64,000 bases of DNA, taken from positions 1-64,000 of the IMG/VR virus record IMGVR_UViG_3300020048_000018, one strand, 5' to 3'. Shown here piece by piece: positions 39,281 through 48,265 of this stretch. The translations under genes and the position numbers were made by a program. A model generated the notes under the pieces. The model ran no database searches and was not told the origin of the DNA. It saw nothing but the letters and a program-made list of their open reading frames with translations. Every line of letters starts with the position of its first letter. Positions within the stretch are counted from its first letter, which is position 1. This DNA is from a virus.

Positions 39281-39392
39281 TAGGTTACTATAGAGGGAGA
39301 GAATATATTGATGATGTTGCTTCTTTTTGTAATGAGTTTCATCCAACAATGAATCCTTACAATCTCTTAAATGTTAAACTAAAGGATTAACT

Positions 39393-39653
39393 ATGAATGA
39401 TATAGATGACGATGGAACAATAAGATTTAAGTTTGATTGGGAATGGTGCGATCACTGTAGAGTTATGATGGTTATTTGTCCTAAATGCGGAAATAATTGT
39501 TGTAATGCAGGATATGGTCCGAATACGGGAAATCCAGAAACAGATGAAAAATGTGATGTGTGTAGTCTTGCTTATCAGTATCAAGACCTCGCATATAAAA
39601 CTCATAATGTTCCTATCCATATTGAAGGAGAAACTCAAAATGACCCTCACTAA
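39393..39653 (+). CDS. Cys-rich hypothetical protein
   Basis: CDHC, CPKCG, CC, CDVC. Confidence 0.65.
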   Translation: MNDIDDDGTIRFKFDWEWCDHCRVMMVICPKCGNNCCNAGYGPNTGNPETDEKCDVCSLAYQYQDLAYKTHNVPIHIEGETQNDPH

Positions 39654-39852
39654 ACAAGAACGAGAGGAAATTTATTTCAGTATTTCTTGTCGTCTGGGTA
39701 TTATTGAAACGGGAACTAATATGAGAGCTGTCGATGCAATAAATTGTGGCAAAAAACATTTGGTGAAAATACTCACCTCAGATCAATATCCTCTCGTATT
39801 GAGTTTAGAGAATCTGATGATGAGAATGCTTCAGGAAAAGGACTCAGAATGA
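39640..39852 (+). CDS. Hypothetical protein
   Basis: ATG 39640 follows AAGGAG. Confidence 0.6.
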   Translation: MTLTKQEREEIYFSISCRLGIIETGTNMRAVDAINCGKKHLVKILTSDQYPLVLSLENLMMRMLQEKDSE

Positions 39853-40001
39853 GCGTTATTATTTTTATTGGCTTTGTAGTGTTTACACTATTTGTAAGTG
39901 GCAGTATGAATCTTTTAGACTTTCTGAAAACTTATAATTTGGAAGGTAATTATTTCACAGAAGAGGAGTTTGAAAATGTATATTCAAGTAATGTTGACTA
40001 A
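39849..40001 (+). CDS. Small membrane protein
   Basis: Hydrophobic N-terminus; ATGA coupling. Confidence 0.5.
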   Translation: MSVIIFIGFVVFTLFVSGSMNLLDFLKTYNLEGNYFTEEEFENVYSSNVD

Positions 40002-40164
40002 AGAGGAATCCCAAATGGTAGCATGGGTAGAAAAAGACAAACGACTTAAAGAGGGTGTTAAACTTACCCTTAAAGATGTCGAAGGTAAGTGGACAGTTGA
40101 AAAACTTTACACCCGAGAGCTAGAAACTCCTTATGTTAGAAATGCGATAAAGGAACTTCTATGA
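39970..40164 (+). CDS. Small hypothetical protein
   Basis: ORF track. Confidence 0.55.
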   Translation: MKMYIQVMLTKEESQMVAWVEKDKRLKEGVKLTLKDVEGKWTVEKLYTRELETPYVRNAIKELL

Positions 40165-40370
40165 AATGCGACAGATTGATGTGTGGTAAGGAAGCAATAA
40201 CCTTTCATGGAATATTTGCTACCACTCATGGATATTGTGAAGAGCATAGATGCTGTGCTAAGTGTGGACTTAAAATAAATTCAGAAAAAGAATCCGTTAG
40301 TCCCTCCTGTAAATGTGAAAAGCCAACAGAAAGAAAGGATTACTTAAATTGGAAAAAGACCCAAATCTAA
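40161..40370 (+). CDS. Cys-rich small protein
   Basis: Multiple Cys pairs. Confidence 0.6.
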   Translation: MKCDRLMCGKEAITFHGIFATTHGYCEEHRCCAKCGLKINSEKESVSPSCKCEKPTERKDYLNWKKTQI

Positions 40371-40375
40371 AAAGA

Positions 40376-41005
40376 ATGGCTATAGGTGATATCCACGGAA
40401 AAAAGAACTGGAAAGATTACTTGAAAGAAGACTTTACTGAGTTTTATTTTGTTGGAGACTATTTTGATAACTATGAGGAAACTCCTGCGGTAAGTCAGAT
40501 TAGAAACTTTTTAGCAATTGTTAAAGAAGCAAGACGAGACCCAAGAATAAGACTATGTTGTGGCAACCATGATTACCAGTATCTACGAGGACTTGACAGA
40601 TCAGAAAAATATTCTGGATTTCAGAATTATGCTTATATGGATATTCAAATAGCGTTAGAGTCATCAATGGATATTATTAAGCCGGTATATGTAACTGAAG
40701 ATAATATTATTATTTCCCATGCAGGTGTTACAAAAACATTTTTGAGAGACTGTAGTTTGGAAAACCCTGAAGACATTAATAACAGATTCATAGAATACCG
40801 AATGAGTTTGGCTTTTAACGGATTCAACCCCTATGGAGATGACCCCAGAAATGGACCTCTTTGGGTAAGACCTGATTCACTAATAAAAGATAAACTTGAA
40901 GGTTACAAACAAATTGTAGGTCATACCAAAATGGAAAAAATAACTACAATTGAGGGAATAACTTTTATTGATCTTGATACCTGTCAAGAAGTTTATTGGT
41001 TTTAA
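40376..41005 (+). CDS. Calcineurin-like metallophosphoesterase
   Basis: GDIHG, GDYFD, GNHD, SHAG, GPLWVRP, VGHT. Confidence 0.9.
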   Translation: MAIGDIHGKKNWKDYLKEDFTEFYFVGDYFDNYEETPAVSQIRNFLAIVKEARRDPRIRLCCGNHDYQYLRGLDRSEKYSGFQNYAYMDIQIALESSMDIIKPVYVTEDNIIISHAGVTKTFLRDCSLENPEDINNRFIEYRMSLAFNGFNPYGDDPRNGPLWVRPDSLIKDKLEGYKQIVGHTKMEKITTIEGITFIDLDTCQEVYWF

Positions 41006-41049
41006 ACTCTTCTAATAATCTTAGACTAAATTATCAGGAGATAATTGAA

Positions 41050-41316
41050 ATGACTATAGAAGCAAAATATGAAGTACTTATGAATGCTATGCATTTAATT
41101 AACGGTAGAATATATTCAATTAAAAATGAATATGATAAAGGCGTGAAAGGCTACTCTAATACAGATAAACAAACTTGTTTGTATTTGGATGAACTTTCCA
41201 ATATGATTTGTGATACCACAAATAGAATTGCTGAAAGCAAAGACTGCCCTTTCGATACTCAGATAGACTTGTTAGCTGAACAAGAATATATCGAAGAAAT
41301 TGTATCAAAGGTCTAA
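41050..41316 (+). CDS. Hypothetical protein
   Basis: ATG after AGGAG. Confidence 0.55.
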   Translation: MTIEAKYEVLMNAMHLINGRIYSIKNEYDKGVKGYSNTDKQTCLYLDELSNMICDTTNRIAESKDCPFDTQIDLLAEQEYIEEIVSKV

Positions 41317-41327
41317 AAGGATAACTA

Positions 41328-42326
41328 ATGAAGTTTATTGAACCTTCTGTAGAAGAGATAACCTTTACGGAATATGGAAAGAAAATAGAATATGCAGGAC
41401 GTATATGCTATAAGTCTCAGGATAAAATTGAGGACTCTTCTCATATTTCATTTATTAACAGTATTGCTAAGAGGGGACATCTCTCGGTTATAGAACATGA
41501 GAAGTTTTCTCTCTTAGTAAAAATAAGGGTTTATACTGATATTAAGTTTATTTTTGAATCAAAAGAGTTTACTAATATGTTTTTTGATATATCTTTTCCA
41601 AGAAATGATAGAGATCATATTGTTATAACAGGAAATATACGGGCATGGAAAGAACTCCTTTCACAGGTTTTTGAAAATGAGCTATGTGTACAATTAACCT
41701 TTACAAAATACTTTGGGGCTATTTCTAATTTCTTGCATACGAGATATGGGGATTTATTTAATATAGTTTCTTTGGAACATGGATATAAATTAGAGGATTT
41801 TGCTTGTGAAGCAAAAGACTATTGGCTAATAGAAAACTTGAGTAAAGAAAATGTAATTAAACATATTTACAAAACGTTTCATATTACTACAGACAGGGCA
41901 GTTACTCATCAATTTGTGAGACATAGAAGAAACTCCTTTTCTCAAGAAAGTCAGAGGTATTGCAACTATACTATAGGTAAGTTTGATTCTTCAATTCGAT
42001 TTATCATACCCAGTGGATTTGAAGATGCAGTACAGTTATTAAAAGAAAATAATGCTTACAACTTATATACAACTAATTATCCAGACATTGAAGCAATAAA
42101 AGTTTTCTTTGATGCCTGTAAATATTCAGAAGATGCGTACTTTAAGTTAATAGATAAAAAGATTAAACCCGAGGTTGCCCGTTCTGTGCTTCCAAATTGT
42201 ACCGCAACTGAAATTATTTCTACGGCTAATATTGAACAGTGGAACAGATTTTTAGGTCTTAGATGCGATAGTCATGCACAGGCAGACATCAGAAAAATTG
42301 CAGAGATGATCAAAAGTTTAATTTAA
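41328..42326 (+). CDS. thyX: FAD-dependent thymidylate synthase
   Basis: AGRICYKS, GHLSVIEH, RAVTHQFVRHR..SFSQESQRY, ARSVLP, AQADIR. Confidence 0.92.
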   Translation: MKFIEPSVEEITFTEYGKKIEYAGRICYKSQDKIEDSSHISFINSIAKRGHLSVIEHEKFSLLVKIRVYTDIKFIFESKEFTNMFFDISFPRNDRDHIVITGNIRAWKELLSQVFENELCVQLTFTKYFGAISNFLHTRYGDLFNIVSLEHGYKLEDFACEAKDYWLIENLSKENVIKHIYKTFHITTDRAVTHQFVRHRRNSFSQESQRYCNYTIGKFDSSIRFIIPSGFEDAVQLLKENNAYNLYTTNYPDIEAIKVFFDACKYSEDAYFKLIDKKIKPEVARSVLPNCTATEIISTANIEQWNRFLGLRCDSHAQADIRKIAEMIKSLI

Positions 42327-42334
42327 TATTTATA

Positions 42335-42375
42335 AAAGTTTTGAACTTTTTGAAAATATTCTATATATTATATGT
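42335..42375 (+). promoter_or_regulatory. Conserved phage early promoter, copy 6
   Basis: Consensus match. Confidence 0.8.
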
Positions 42376-42391
42376 GTAAGGAGATAAAGAA

Positions 42392-42670
42392 ATGAAATTA
42401 AAAGAACTTCAACTAGGGGATACTAATCTATACCTTCGTGGATTTGATCGTGACCAGAACGGAAACTCTATAATTCAACTTGCTTTTGATGGTGAACGGG
42501 GTTTCAGCATTCAGATCAATAACCCGGGGTTTTTCAAGTTCACATACCCCTGCCGTGGTTATGCTCTCAAGGAACTGTCTGAAGAACAGATTGCAGGTAT
42601 TTCAAGCGAGGTTATTTCTCATATAAAAAAATATGATAACTCCCGATCAGGTAAACTTATCGAGTATTAA
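42392..42670 (+). CDS. Hypothetical protein
   Basis: Follows promoter and RBS. Confidence 0.7.
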   Translation: MKLKELQLGDTNLYLRGFDRDQNGNSIIQLAFDGERGFSIQINNPGFFKFTYPCRGYALKELSEEQIAGISSEVISHIKKYDNSRSGKLIEY

Positions 42671-42691
42671 AACTCGACCGATTTTCCAATA

Positions 42692-42718
42692 AAAACTTGC
42701 AGAAATGCAAGTTTTTTC
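42692..42718 (+). terminator. Intrinsic terminator-like hairpin
   Basis: aaaacttgca-gaaa-tgcaagtttttt. Confidence 0.65.
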
Positions 42719-42730
42719 ATTTTAAATGAT

Positions 42731-42772
42731 AAAGTTTTGAACTTTTCTAAAACTTCCTATATATTATATATG
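42731..42772 (+). promoter_or_regulatory. Conserved phage early promoter, copy 7
   Basis: Consensus match. Confidence 0.8.
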
Positions 42773-42794
42773 TAAGGAAAAGGTGGGTGTAATT

Positions 42795-43046
42795 ATGGAC
42801 AAATACGAAGGAAAAGACAATTCAGGTAAGCCAAAAACAGAATACCTTGAAACTTTGAAGCTTATGTCAGAAGAAACCCTCATAAGGGAAACCAAGGACA
42901 AGATTTGGCTTTCTGCCTATGCGAACAATAACCCTCGGTCTGATTATCATTGGCATGTAGATGCCTGTTATGATGAACTTAAAACAAGAACCGGCAAGAC
43001 GGATCTTTATTCAATGTGCTACAAGAATGTAGTTAACGGAGTTTAA
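42795..43046 (+). CDS. Hypothetical protein
   Basis: Follows promoter. Confidence 0.7.
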   Translation: MDKYEGKDNSGKPKTEYLETLKLMSEETLIRETKDKIWLSAYANNNPRSDYHWHVDACYDELKTRTGKTDLYSMCYKNVVNGV

Positions 43047-43059
43047 AAGGAGACTTAAT

Positions 43060-43377
43060 ATGGTACTATTAGCAATTCTTAAAAAGGTTGATGGAAAGTG
43101 GGATTTTAAGGTTTCTGAAAAAAACATGGTAGTTCCAGCGGGGGAAAAGCCTTGGGTCTCCCTTGGAGCTTTGACAGCTTCCTTTTTGGCTCCTTTAGGA
43201 ACAAACCCTAAGTACATGAAACATCGTTTGATTAATGCCATTGAAGAGGCTTTGGTTAAAGAGGCAGAACGCATCGAAGGTTTGGTTGAAGAACTCGAAG
43301 CTTTCGTGAAAAACCCTTCTTTTGTGGAAGACCCAAAAGACTACATGCCTGATACCAACAGCACCCTTCTACACTAA
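43060..43377 (+). CDS. Hypothetical protein
   Basis: RBS AGGAGA. Confidence 0.7.
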   Translation: MVLLAILKKVDGKWDFKVSEKNMVVPAGEKPWVSLGALTASFLAPLGTNPKYMKHRLINAIEEALVKEAERIEGLVEELEAFVKNPSFVEDPKDYMPDTNSTLLH

Positions 43378-43400
43378 AAAACGATTATTGGAGGAATAGA

Positions 43401-43766
43401 ATGAATCTTGTTAAAATTTGTTGTAATTATAATGGGGTAACGGGCAAGTTAGACCTAACCGTGTATCAGTTACCCGAGTATACGGAAACAAAAAATAGTT
43501 ACACTTGGAAAGGAAAACGTATTGCAAAAGATCAGATTGGGGTTATAGACAGGATTTGTTATAATTCCTCACTGGAATCTCAATTCTATTATGTTTTTTC
43601 GCTTTCCTGTGAAACTGATATTTCCATGAATAAGTCCCTGATAAAGGAGTTTATGTTAAAGAAACTTCTTGGTATGATAAGTGACCAGAAAAAACTTATC
43701 CTAACAGCAGAAACTCTTCTGAGTAATCCTGTTTGGAAGGAAACTGAACGTCCCTATGATTATTAG
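43401..43766 (+). CDS. Hypothetical protein
   Basis: RBS GGAGG. Confidence 0.7.
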   Translation: MNLVKICCNYNGVTGKLDLTVYQLPEYTETKNSYTWKGKRIAKDQIGVIDRICYNSSLESQFYYVFSLSCETDISMNKSLIKEFMLKKLLGMISDQKKLILTAETLLSNPVWKETERPYDY

Positions 43767-43796
43767 CTAAATACTTTAAGTTAAAAGGAAAATAAC

Positions 43797-44279
43797 ATGG
43801 AAATGAAATATGACGGATACTACAAAAAAGAGATTCCCTATAAGATGACTCTTGAAGAACTTTTTGAGAGATCAACAATAAAAGAGGATTATTTCTATAT
43901 GTGTCATGAGGATATTTTAGCCTATATTCGGGAAAGGGGTGAAAACTTCACCTGTATGGCACATGCAACCGTCCCCGAAAATATGATGCACCTCCCTTTT
44001 GGTATGGGATGTATCTCCTCGGGGGAAAAAGAACTGGTGCCATGTCGCATAGTTTTATCTGATGACGAACTCTACAATCCTCTGCATGAAGGTAATGATA
44101 CCTTCCACAAAAACCATTGGCATCACCCTTACAAAATAAAATTCACCCCGATTGAATTTAAGGGTTGTATTGAGAGAATGTATGTATCAGATTTCTGTGG
44201 TCATATTCAAAAGGGCTACATTATTCTCACAGAACTTGATATTCCTGATTCTGCACGATTTCCAGAAGAATCCGCATAA
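43797..44279 (+). CDS. Hypothetical protein
   Basis: ORF track, RBS. Confidence 0.7.
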   Translation: MEMKYDGYYKKEIPYKMTLEELFERSTIKEDYFYMCHEDILAYIRERGENFTCMAHATVPENMMHLPFGMGCISSGEKELVPCRIVLSDDELYNPLHEGNDTFHKNHWHHPYKIKFTPIEFKGCIERMYVSDFCGHIQKGYIILTELDIPDSARFPEESA

Positions 44280-44318
44280 AGTTTTGAACTTTTTCAGAAT
44301 CTCCTATATATTATATAG
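44278..44318 (+). promoter_or_regulatory. Conserved phage early promoter, copy 8
   Basis: Consensus match. Confidence 0.8.
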
Positions 44319-44338
44319 GTAAGATAAAGGAGTCCTAA

Positions 44339-44755
44339 ATGACAGTTTTACAGGGAATCGCTCAAAATGTGGAAGATATTTCACTGGTGGTTTCCAAAAA
44401 TATTTCCTCAGCAAGATTAGCCGTAGTTGAGTATATCGAATCGGATATTCTCCCCAGTGGTTCAGGTTTTGATAATGGAACCAAGATTGATTGGGAAAGG
44501 AGTACTTCCGAAAAAGTTGTCCTTACCTTTGGATTTCATCACATGGACGAGATGGGAGGATACACGGGATGGACTCAGCATACTGCTATCATAACTCCAT
44601 CATTGTGTTTCGATTATCATCTCAAGATCACCTGTGGAAAGCTTCCAAAAAATAAAAAGTACATCCTTGAAGAGTTTCATGACACTCTACGAGAAGTTCT
44701 TTCCTCTGAACTTGATGGAACCAAAATTGGGGACATTTTCAGGAGTTACCAATAA
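44339..44755 (+). CDS. Hypothetical phage protein
   Basis: Follows promoter and RBS; LPSGSGFDNG motif. Confidence 0.75.
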   Translation: MTVLQGIAQNVEDISLVVSKNISSARLAVVEYIESDILPSGSGFDNGTKIDWERSTSEKVVLTFGFHHMDEMGGYTGWTQHTAIITPSLCFDYHLKITCGKLPKNKKYILEEFHDTLREVLSSELDGTKIGDIFRSYQ

Positions 44756-45366
44756 TGTCGGATAACTACAGGATTGTTGGAGAATTGGTTATCAATCAAC
44801 GTGATGACGTTGTGGCTAAATTTATTCTCAATCCTTTGGGAGAAAAAGCCAGAAGGGATGAAAGTTTCAATGACCTTTCAACATTGATAGGAAGTTTTTC
44901 TGTTGATACCCTCTATGATATTATTCATAACTTTGTAAGGGTTTGTGAAAAAACTTCCGAGTACGACAAAACAGGTCAGTCCTATTACAGGGCAAAAAAC
45001 TGGTTGAAAGAATATGACCAGTCCCATGAACTCAGTTGCTATTCAACGGATGACAATGAGGATGAAGACGAAACTGATTACACCGGACTCCCCATCCTAA
45101 CCAGTAGCTTTTTGGATAACTTCATGGAAGCCCCAGAAGCCTTGATACTGGTAGAAGATGGACACACCTATGTTTGTAACAACGGAAGCATTTTCATCGT
45201 TGAAAAAACAAAGAATCAGTCCCTTCAATACAAGTTCAAGGTAAAGACCTCCATCAATTGTTCAAATGATACTGAAGTGTGGGACATCCACGGGAAAGCA
45301 TATCATGATGATTGTGGATACAACTTTGTAAGAGAAATCATACAGAGGGAAGAGGATCTTGGATGA
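44755..45366 (+). CDS. Hypothetical protein
   Basis: ORF track. Confidence 0.7.
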   Translation: MSDNYRIVGELVINQRDDVVAKFILNPLGEKARRDESFNDLSTLIGSFSVDTLYDIIHNFVRVCEKTSEYDKTGQSYYRAKNWLKEYDQSHELSCYSTDDNEDEDETDYTGLPILTSSFLDNFMEAPEALILVEDGHTYVCNNGSIFIVEKTKNQSLQYKFKVKTSINCSNDTEVWDIHGKAYHDDCGYNFVREIIQREEDLG

Positions 45367-45512
45367 AAAAGAATTATTGTACAAAGTGTTTGCCAAAGAA
45401 AGTTGAAATGGTTAAAACCCAAACTTCAAAAAAGTATGACTTCATGGCAGACTGGGTTCAGTATGTTTACACCTGTCCTAAATGTGGACACAGCTTTGAG
45501 AGAAATAAATAG
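45363..45512 (+). CDS. Small Zn-ribbon protein
   Basis: CTKC...YTCPKCG; ATGA coupling. Confidence 0.6.
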   Translation: MKKNYCTKCLPKKVEMVKTQTSKKYDFMADWVQYVYTCPKCGHSFERNK

Positions 45513-45524
45513 GAAGGTTTGAAA

Positions 45525-45671
45525 ATGAAATGTCCTAAATGTGATGAAAATACTACCCTTGGAATTTCGGAATGCCCTCATTGTGGTTGGTCTTTTGATT
45601 TAGATAATACTTGGAACGAGGATGACTTTGTTAGAGAAGACATCGATTCTCTTAATGAGAAATTGGGATGA
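45525..45671 (+). CDS. Small Zn-ribbon protein (48 aa)
   Basis: Manual translation MKCPKCD...ECPHCGW. Confidence 0.6.
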   Translation: MKCPKCDENTTLGISECPHCGWSFDLDNTWNEDDFVREDIDSLNEKLG

Positions 45672-45844
45672 TTTTCTTACAAGCTTTCAGTGGTCTTATT
45701 GGAATACTTTTAGGGTGTTTCCTTGTTACATTTATGCTCCTTCTCATAAAGAATCGAGTTATTTTACTTATTATTAATGGAACAGTAATCCTTGCAATTA
45801 TACTGTGGTGTACCTATTATCTTAATAAATATGGGGTGTTCTAA
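45668..45844 (+). CDS. Small two-helix membrane protein (58 aa)
   Basis: Manual translation MIFLQAFSGLIGILLG...; ATGA coupling. Confidence 0.55.
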   Translation: MIFLQAFSGLIGILLGCFLVTFMLLLIKNRVILLIINGTVILAIILWCTYYLNKYGVF

Positions 45845-46107
45845 TGAAAGATAAAAAAAGATCTATTATGAATTGGTACAACAGGTACAGGGGTATTAAG
45901 TCTGGACAAAAATTATTTTACGTGTATTCCTTGGACAGACTATCTTTAGCTAGTTCCCTCTCTCAGTTAAAGTTGAAAACAAGGGGACATGAAAACAACT
46001 CGGTAGAGGTAAAGTCTATTTTTAATAAACTTGTGTTTATTATCTGGAATAAAGTAGTTATGGTTCTTCCTTCCGAAGCATCCAATACTTGTGTTCTTAA
46101 TAGTTAG
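45844..46107 (+). CDS. Hypothetical protein
   Basis: ORF track. Confidence 0.5.
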   Translation: MKDKKRSIMNWYNRYRGIKSGQKLFYVYSLDRLSLASSLSQLKLKTRGHENNSVEVKSIFNKLVFIIWNKVVMVLPSEASNTCVLNS

Positions 46108-46120
46108 GGAGTAAGGAAAA

Positions 46121-46447
46121 ATGAAAGCAACAATGGAAAATTATGCAGGAAGAAAAGTAATCCACTTAGTAGCGGAAACTCCTGAGGAACAATTGGAGCT
46201 TAATTCCTTTGAGGTACTAACCAATAATGGGTTTGAGGTTTTTGACCGAAATGGGGTTTTGTATACAGGATTAAATGCAATTCGTCTTAACGGTGTTAGT
46301 ATTTCTGATTCAAGTCATTGCTCATCCCTTTGCATTGAATCTGTTACTGACAGTGAATCAAAACAGGCTATTTATACAAAGAGCCTAGAAATAAAACTGA
46401 AATCCAAGAAGTGGTATCAGTTCTGGAGAAAAAATGAAATCTTTTGA
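46121..46447 (+). CDS. Hypothetical protein
   Basis: RBS; C-terminal KKWYQFW motif. Confidence 0.65.
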   Translation: MKATMENYAGRKVIHLVAETPEEQLELNSFEVLTNNGFEVFDRNGVLYTGLNAIRLNGVSISDSSHCSSLCIESVTDSESKQAIYTKSLEIKLKSKKWYQFWRKNEIF

Positions 46448-47024
46448 CACTATCCTTTCGGCTATCCTTGCTTCGGCAGGATTTCTTTTTTCCTTGATTC
46501 TTTTCGAGTTTGGGATAATTGCTTCTGTGATAATTGGAGGTTTGTTTTTTGTAGCAGGTTATTTCCTGTTCGAGGCAAAAACCAAAATTGAAGAGGACAA
46601 AGAGTTTGCAATGGAAGAAGCCTTGAAAATGGGGAACTCAAAGCTCTCAGAAATCAAGTCCTTGGGCAAAGCAATTAAACAGCAAAATCTTAAAGAAAAG
46701 ATCACAAAGATTTGTGAAATTACGGAAAAGATTCTTGCGGAGGTGAAACGAGACCCCTCAGACTTGAAACGAGCAAAACAGTTTCTTAACTATTATCTTG
46801 ATTCTACAATAAAGATAGTTAGCACCTATGTTAAGTTGGCAACCACTGAGGTTAACGACAAAAGCATAAAGGACTACATGGTTAAGATTGAAACCATGCT
46901 TGATACTTTGGCACAAGCTTTTGATAAGCAACTTGCAATGCTTCTTTCAAATGACGTTATGGATTTGGATGTAGAGCTTTCCCTTCTTGAGTCTATGATT
47001 AAATCAGAAAACTTGGGAAATTAG
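46434..47024 (+). CDS. xpaC: XpaC / 5-bromo-4-chloroindolyl phosphate hydrolysis family membrane protein
   Basis: Two N-terminal TM helices; FLNYYLDSTIKIVSTY and DVMDLDVELSLL motifs; directly upstream of telA, as in bacterial xpaC-telA/yaaN pairs. Confidence 0.8.
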   Translation: MKSFDTILSAILASAGFLFSLILFEFGIIASVIIGGLFFVAGYFLFEAKTKIEEDKEFAMEEALKMGNSKLSEIKSLGKAIKQQNLKEKITKICEITEKILAEVKRDPSDLKRAKQFLNYYLDSTIKIVSTYVKLATTEVNDKSIKDYMVKIETMLDTLAQAFDKQLAMLLSNDVMDLDVELSLLESMIKSENLGN

Positions 47025-47063
47025 CTTAAAATATTTTTAGAGAAAAATAACTAAGGAGTTATC

Positions 47064-48104
47064 ATGAACGAATTGAGTTTGGCAAATCCAACTACGGTAG
47101 ATTTGGTTAAAGCCAAAAGTGTTGCTGACGGAATATCAAGCACCGATTCTCAGGCACTAATAATGTATGGTGTTAGCGCACAAACAAAGATTTCGGGATT
47201 TGCAGACACCATGCTTACCCAGATTCGTAACAAAGATTCTGGTACGGTAGGGGAATCCCTTACTGACTTGATGTTCAAAATCAAGGATGTAAAGGTTGAT
47301 ACTCTTACTTCTGGAAAGCAGGGATTTATAGCTGGTCTTATGAACAGCGTAACTCGCTTCATGGCTCGATATGAAAAAATTGAAAGCCAGATGGAAAAGA
47401 TTATTGACGAACTGTCAAAATCAAAGATGAACATGAGTCGGGACATTGTTATGCTCGACCAGCTATATGCAAAGAATTTGGAATACCTCGGAGACCTTGA
47501 CCTTTTCATTGTGGGTGGACAGATGAAGATTGATGAGCTAAAAGCCACAGTACTCATCGAACTTGAGGAATTGGTAAAAACATCAACAGACCCTTCCGAC
47601 ACTCAGAAGCTGAATGACTTCAATCAGTTCCTGAACCGCTTCGAGAAAAAGATTTACGACCTCAAGTTGTCTCGGATGATTTCCATCCAGTCGGCACCCC
47701 AGATTCGTCTTATCCAGAACAATGACATTGCTCTGGTAGATAAGATTCAGAGTTCAATCATGACTACTATCCCACTGTGGAAGAGTCAGATTGTTATCGC
47801 AATCTCCCTGCTTCGCCAGAAAAATGCTCTGGGTGTACAGAAAGCCGTTACCGATGCCACCAATGACCTTCTCACCAAAAACTCTGACATGCTCAAGCAA
47901 GGAACAATTGCAGTAGCAACGGAAATGGAACGAGGGATTGTTGAAATCGAAACCTTGAAAAAAGTCAATGATGACCTTATTGCTACCATTGATGAAACCA
48001 TCCGTATCCAGACCGAAGGAAAGGCAAAGCGTCTTGCCGCAGAAACAGAATTGGTTAAGCTTGAAGCTGACCTTAAAACAAAACTTTTGAGTGTTAAAGC
48101 TTAA
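47064..48104 (+). CDS. telA: Toxic anion resistance protein TelA family
   Basis: LYAKNLEYL, KKIYDLKLSRMISIQSAPQIRLIQNND..LVDKIQSS...TIPLWKSQ, RGIVEIETLKKVN. Confidence 0.92.
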   Translation: MNELSLANPTTVDLVKAKSVADGISSTDSQALIMYGVSAQTKISGFADTMLTQIRNKDSGTVGESLTDLMFKIKDVKVDTLTSGKQGFIAGLMNSVTRFMARYEKIESQMEKIIDELSKSKMNMSRDIVMLDQLYAKNLEYLGDLDLFIVGGQMKIDELKATVLIELEELVKTSTDPSDTQKLNDFNQFLNRFEKKIYDLKLSRMISIQSAPQIRLIQNNDIALVDKIQSSIMTTIPLWKSQIVIAISLLRQKNALGVQKAVTDATNDLLTKNSDMLKQGTIAVATEMERGIVEIETLKKVNDDLIATIDETIRIQTEGKAKRLAAETELVKLEADLKTKLLSVKA

Positions 48105-48123
48105 AGTTTAAGGGAGTACTTTT

Positions 48124-48249
48124 ATGAAATACTTAGGAAAAGGAATTGTAATTTTTGCTTTTCTGTACATGATTCTAATAACTGTACTGTTTACAGACGA
48201 AATAAGAAATCGTGTGGGTACTCTTTTAAGTACTCTCTTTATCGCATAA
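48124..48249 (+). CDS. Small hydrophobic peptide (41 aa)
   Basis: Manual translation MKYLGKGIVIFAFLYMILITVLF...; RBS GGGAG. Confidence 0.5.
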   Translation: MKYLGKGIVIFAFLYMILITVLFTDEIRNRVGTLLSTLFIA

Positions 48250-48265
48250 TTTTGGAGGTATTAGT

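Noticed and set aside
38476-39390. Group I intron housing the HNH
   Set aside because: The flanks are too short (about 30 and 110 nt) for an intron core, and the upstream gene ends normally; the HNH is treated as free-standing.
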